64,000 nt of DNA from Candidatus Iainarchaeum sp. (GTDB lineage: Archaea > Iainarchaeota > Iainarchaeia > Iainarchaeales > JAFCCW01): positions 16,397-80,396 of the forward strand of contig JAFCCW010000001.1 in the NCBI GenBank assembly GCA_017609985.1, given 5' to 3'. Under the pieces are notes generated by a model. That model did not search any database, was not told the DNA's origin, and saw nothing but the letters and a program-made list of their open reading frames with translations. Below are positions 61,167 through 64,000 of the stretch, piece by piece (the stretch's first letter is position 1; each line of letters starts with the position of its first letter). Position numbers and translations under genes: made by a program.

Positions 61167-62528
61167 ATGGCATTAGGCGAAAAATTAAGAGGAGCGCTTG
61201 ACAAAATACAGCAGGCAAGCGCAATAGACAAAGAAACTGTAAAAGACGCTCTCAAAGAAATGCAACGAGCGTTAATCAGTGCAGATGTAGAAATAAAACT
61301 GGTTTTAGAACTTTCAAAAAAGATTGAAGGGAAAGCATTTAAAGAGCTTCCAAAGGGACTGACAAGGCGCGAGCACATAGTCAAGCTAATGCACGACTCT
61401 CTCTCAGAATTAATTGGAGGCAAAAATGAAACACAGGAAAAAGAGCCAAAAAAAATACTGCTGGTTGGACTGTATGGAATGGGAAAAACAACTACTGCAG
61501 TAAAGCTTGCAAAATATTACTCAAAACGGGGAAGAAAGGTTGGATTAATCGGAGCAGACACTTACAGACCTGCTGCACTTGAACAGTTAAAACAGTTAGC
61601 AGAAAAAGAAAAAATTGCAGTGTATGGAAACAAGAAAGAAAAAGAACCATACAAGGTAGTGGAACAGGGATTAAGGGAATTGAAAGACTATGATTTATTG
61701 ATTGTGGACAGTGCAGGAAGAAATGCGCTTGAAGGAAATTTAGTAGAAGAAATTGAAAAAGTGGAAAAAACACTTAAAGCAGACCAAAGATGGCTTGTGA
61801 TGGGTGCAGACATTGGGCAGATAGCAAAAAAGCAGGCAGAAGCATTTCACAATGCAGTGAAAGTAAACGGAGTGATTATTACAAGAATTGACGGATCAGC
61901 AAAGGGAGGCGGAGCACTGGCAGGATGCGCAGTCACTAAGGCACAGGTTCTGTTTATTGGAACAGGAGAAAAAGCAGGAGACTTGGAAGAATTTGATGCA
62001 CAGAGATATCTTGGAAGAATAATGGGTTATGGAGACCTAGCAGGACTTCTGGAAAAAGCAAAAGAAGCAGCAGAGAATGAGGAAATATCACCAGAAGAAA
62101 TGCTCAAAGGAGAATTCACACTCAAAGCATTTTATCAGCAGTTAAAAGCAGCCAGAAAAATGGGGCCTCTGGACAAAGTAGCGGAAATGATGGGATTGAA
62201 AATGCAGCTGCCAAAAGAAGCTCTAGAGCAAAGCGAAGAAAAACTTGACAAATTCAAAGTAATGATGGATTCAATGACAGAGCAAGAATTGCGAGAGCCG
62301 GAAAAACTGAACAAGAACAGGATTCAGAGAGTATCAAAAGGAAGCGGAACAACAGAGGAAGAAGTAAGAGAGCTTATTAAACAGTACAAGCAAATGAAAA
62401 AAATGTTTAAGAATTTCAAAAAAATTGGAAGCAAAAAAAAGATTGAGAAAATGCAGAAAAAAGGCGGACTAGACCTGGCTGGGTTGATGGGCGGAAAAGT
62501 TAAAAAGAAAAAGTTCAAGATAAGATAG
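61167..62528 (+). CDS. srp54: signal recognition particle protein SRP54
   Basis: N domain, G domain (LVGLYGMGKTTTAVKL, DSAGR, TRIDGSAKGG) and a Met-rich M domain (MMGLKMQLP, MMDSMT). Confidence 0.95.
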   Translation: MALGEKLRGALDKIQQASAIDKETVKDALKEMQRALISADVEIKLVLELSKKIEGKAFKELPKGLTRREHIVKLMHDSLSELIGGKNETQEKEPKKILLVGLYGMGKTTTAVKLAKYYSKRGRKVGLIGADTYRPAALEQLKQLAEKEKIAVYGNKKEKEPYKVVEQGLRELKDYDLLIVDSAGRNALEGNLVEEIEKVEKTLKADQRWLVMGADIGQIAKKQAEAFHNAVKVNGVIITRIDGSAKGGGALAGCAVTKAQVLFIGTGEKAGDLEEFDAQRYLGRIMGYGDLAGLLEKAKEAAENEEISPEEMLKGEFTLKAFYQQLKAARKMGPLDKVAEMMGLKMQLPKEALEQSEEKLDKFKVMMDSMTEQELREPEKLNKNRIQRVSKGSGTTEEEVRELIKQYKQMKKMFKNFKKIGSKKKIEKMQKKGGLDLAGLMGGKVKKKKFKIR

Positions 62529-62534
62529 AGAAGC

Positions 62535-63350
62535 ATGGGCTTTCTGATTTTAAGACAAGCAATAATATTGCTCGGAACAGGAGCTGGAGCAATAACAGAT
62601 GCAAGAACAGGGATGATACCCGACAAGATTACGTTGACAATGATTGCAATCGGGATTCTATTAAATATTGCTGAACTAAAGATAGAGCTTTTTGCAGTTG
62701 GCGCAATAGTGTTTGCAATAGGATATCTTGCCTACTGGGCTGGAAAAATTGGGGGTGGAGACGTAAAACTGTTCACAGGAATAGCGCTTCTTATTCCCTT
62801 TTCAGGAAAGGGAATTTTTATTCTAGATGTATTGATGGCAGCAGCACTGACCTCCATCGTATTCTACGGAGCGCTCTACTCAATCAAGTATGCAAGAAAA
62901 GGAATTGAATGGAAAGAAATCAAAACAGGGGTTGGAAGAGCAGGATTGATTGGAGCATTTATTACATTGTATTTTTTCATGATTTATTCCTACAAGTTAA
63001 TGAGCCTTGAAGGAATTAGCGTGCTCGGAATAGCAGTTTTCTTTGCACTAGTATTCCTTGCGCTGGAAAAAGGAATAAGAAAAGAATTCTTTTTGAAAAA
63101 AGTGAAGCTAGGGAACCTAGAAGAAGACGAGGTTGTAGCACAAGATTTTTTGGATGAAAAAGTGAAAAAAATACTGGGATTAAAATTCAAGGGAGTTATT
63201 GGACAAAAAGAATTGATTGCATTGAAGAAAGAAGGAGTAAAGGAAATATCTGTTTATCAGAACCTGCCACCGTTTGCACCATTTATTTTTATTGGAATAG
63301 TTATTGCAATAGCAGTCCCTGGGTTGATGGAAAAAATATTATTTGTTTGA
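62535..63350 (+). CDS. archaeal A24-family prepilin/preflagellin peptidase (EppA/PibD/FlaK-like)
   Basis: Two catalytic Asp contexts: AITDARTGMIPDKIT (first) and KIGGGDVKLFTGIALL (the GxGD type). Polytopic membrane protein with a cytoplasmic insert. Confidence 0.8.
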   Translation: MGFLILRQAIILLGTGAGAITDARTGMIPDKITLTMIAIGILLNIAELKIELFAVGAIVFAIGYLAYWAGKIGGGDVKLFTGIALLIPFSGKGIFILDVLMAAALTSIVFYGALYSIKYARKGIEWKEIKTGVGRAGLIGAFITLYFFMIYSYKLMSLEGISVLGIAVFFALVFLALEKGIRKEFFLKKVKLGNLEEDEVVAQDFLDEKVKKILGLKFKGVIGQKELIALKKEGVKEISVYQNLPPFAPFIFIGIVIAIAVPGLMEKILFV

Positions 63351-63356
63351 ATTAGT

Positions 63357-63686
63357 TTATGTCTTCTTCAAGTATTTATTGTGGAGCCGTTCAATTTCTG
63401 AAATTTGCGCAGAAGTAAATGAGTTTCCTTCTTCTCTCCGGCTTCTCCAAATATTTGCTAAGATAGATAGTTCTTCCTCACGCCCAGTAGGAGCTTCACC
63501 AAACTGATTGAATTCTCTGTGAAGTTCTTCAAGCATTTTATCAGGAGAAATTTCAGGAAGCTCACGTCTAACAGAACCAGAAACAAGTCTTTTGAAAACA
63601 CGGCCTATTCTTTGCAGAGCACGTGCTGACAAATTGCGATTAGGATTATCTCCAAGCGCTCTCCTCTTTCCAGGTTTTGCAGGCAT
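63357..63686 (-). CDS. small basic hypothetical protein
   Basis: 109-aa ORF, Arg/Glu-rich and helical. No motif recognised. Confidence 0.45.
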   Translation of the reverse strand: MPAKPGKRRALGDNPNRNLSARALQRIGRVFKRLVSGSVRRELPEISPDKMLEELHREFNQFGEAPTGREEELSILANIWRSRREEGNSFTSAQISEIERLHNKYLKKT

Positions 63687-63724
63687 AATAGATATATTAA
63701 ACGCTTTCTACAATAAAAATGTTT

Positions 63725-64000
63725 ATGGTGACTGAAAAATTTATGCAAACCGCTCTCAGGCTTGCGCGAAAGGGGCGTGGAAGAGTCTCTCCGAACCCAA
63801 TGGTTGGAGCAGTGATTGTCAAGAACGGAAAAATTGTTGGTAAGGGATGGCACAAAAAATTTGGAGAAACACATGCTGAAGTGAATGCGCTTGCAGAAGC
63901 AGGAAGTAAAGCAAGACATGCAGAGCTATATGTTAATCTTGAGCCCTGTTCTCATTTTGGAAAACAACCGCCTTGCGTAAATGCAATAATTGACGCAGGC
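63725..64000 (+). CDS. ribD: riboflavin biosynthesis deaminase domain (RibD), 3'-truncated by the window edge
   Basis: MVTEKFMQTALRLARKGRGRVSPNPMVGAVIVKNGKIVGKGWH..GETHAEVNAL...YVNLEPCSHFGKQPPC carries the CMP/dCMP-type deaminase zinc motifs HAE and PCxxC in the typical RibD context. The frame is open to position 64000. Confidence 0.85.
   Translation, partial: MVTEKFMQTALRLARKGRGRVSPNPMVGAVIVKNGKIVGKGWHKKFGETHAEVNALAEAGSKARHAELYVNLEPCSHFGKQPPCVNAIIDAG

Noticed and set aside
1-64000. Search by eye for CRISPR-Cas, restriction-modification, toxin-antitoxin, reverse transcriptase/DGR, transposases and rRNA
   Set aside because: None of the ORFs shows the hallmark motifs (for example RT YxDD, DDE transposase, PIN/HEPN, Cas signatures), and no rRNA-like GC-rich stretch is present. 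Their absence in this window is reported rather than forcing a call.

Overview
AT-rich, very gene-dense archaeal chromosome segment with about 75 protein genes, 3 tRNAs and almost no non-coding DNA. GC content was judged by eye, not computed. Archaeal identity rests on the RFC small subunit, archaeal DnaG, Hjc, NreA, Pus10, Pth2, RNase P Rpp21, SRP54, and the conserved string S19e / PDCD5-like / L39e / L31e / aIF6 / LX / prefoldin alpha / FtsY. Short proteins, Lys/Glu-rich tails on housekeeping proteins, bacterial-type CoaD/CoaE and several surface adhesin-like genes suggest a reduced-genome, possibly episymbiotic (DPANN-like) lineage. That assignment is inference only. Coding strands are strongly purine-rich, so the pyrimidine-rich antisense strand lacks stop codons and produces many long spurious ORFs in the six-frame track. 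The best candidate for a poorly described system is a Tad/Epd-like type IV filament locus at about 16.3-28.7 kb. It holds a five-gene operon of class III signal peptide proteins, including a roughly 780-aa pilin-like vWA/MIDAS protein with a probable TTG start. It also holds an embedded ABC-2 transporter, a 673-aa lysine-rich protein with a C-terminal winged helix coupled to the secretion ATPase, two separate platform genes and a convergent major pilin. The only prepilin peptidase lies 34 kb away next to SRP54, and one extra pilin gene is inserted into the Rpp21-S19e cluster. Other items worth a second look: an orphan structured RNA candidate with its own TATA-like box upstream of a KaiC-like two-gene module, a polypurine tract that could encode an ultrabasic peptide, a 13-bp tandem array between convergent genes, a degenerate NrdD-like ATP-cone protein, and an ArsR-IscS-IscU operon. 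No CRISPR array, transposase, integrase, reverse transcriptase or rRNA was seen.
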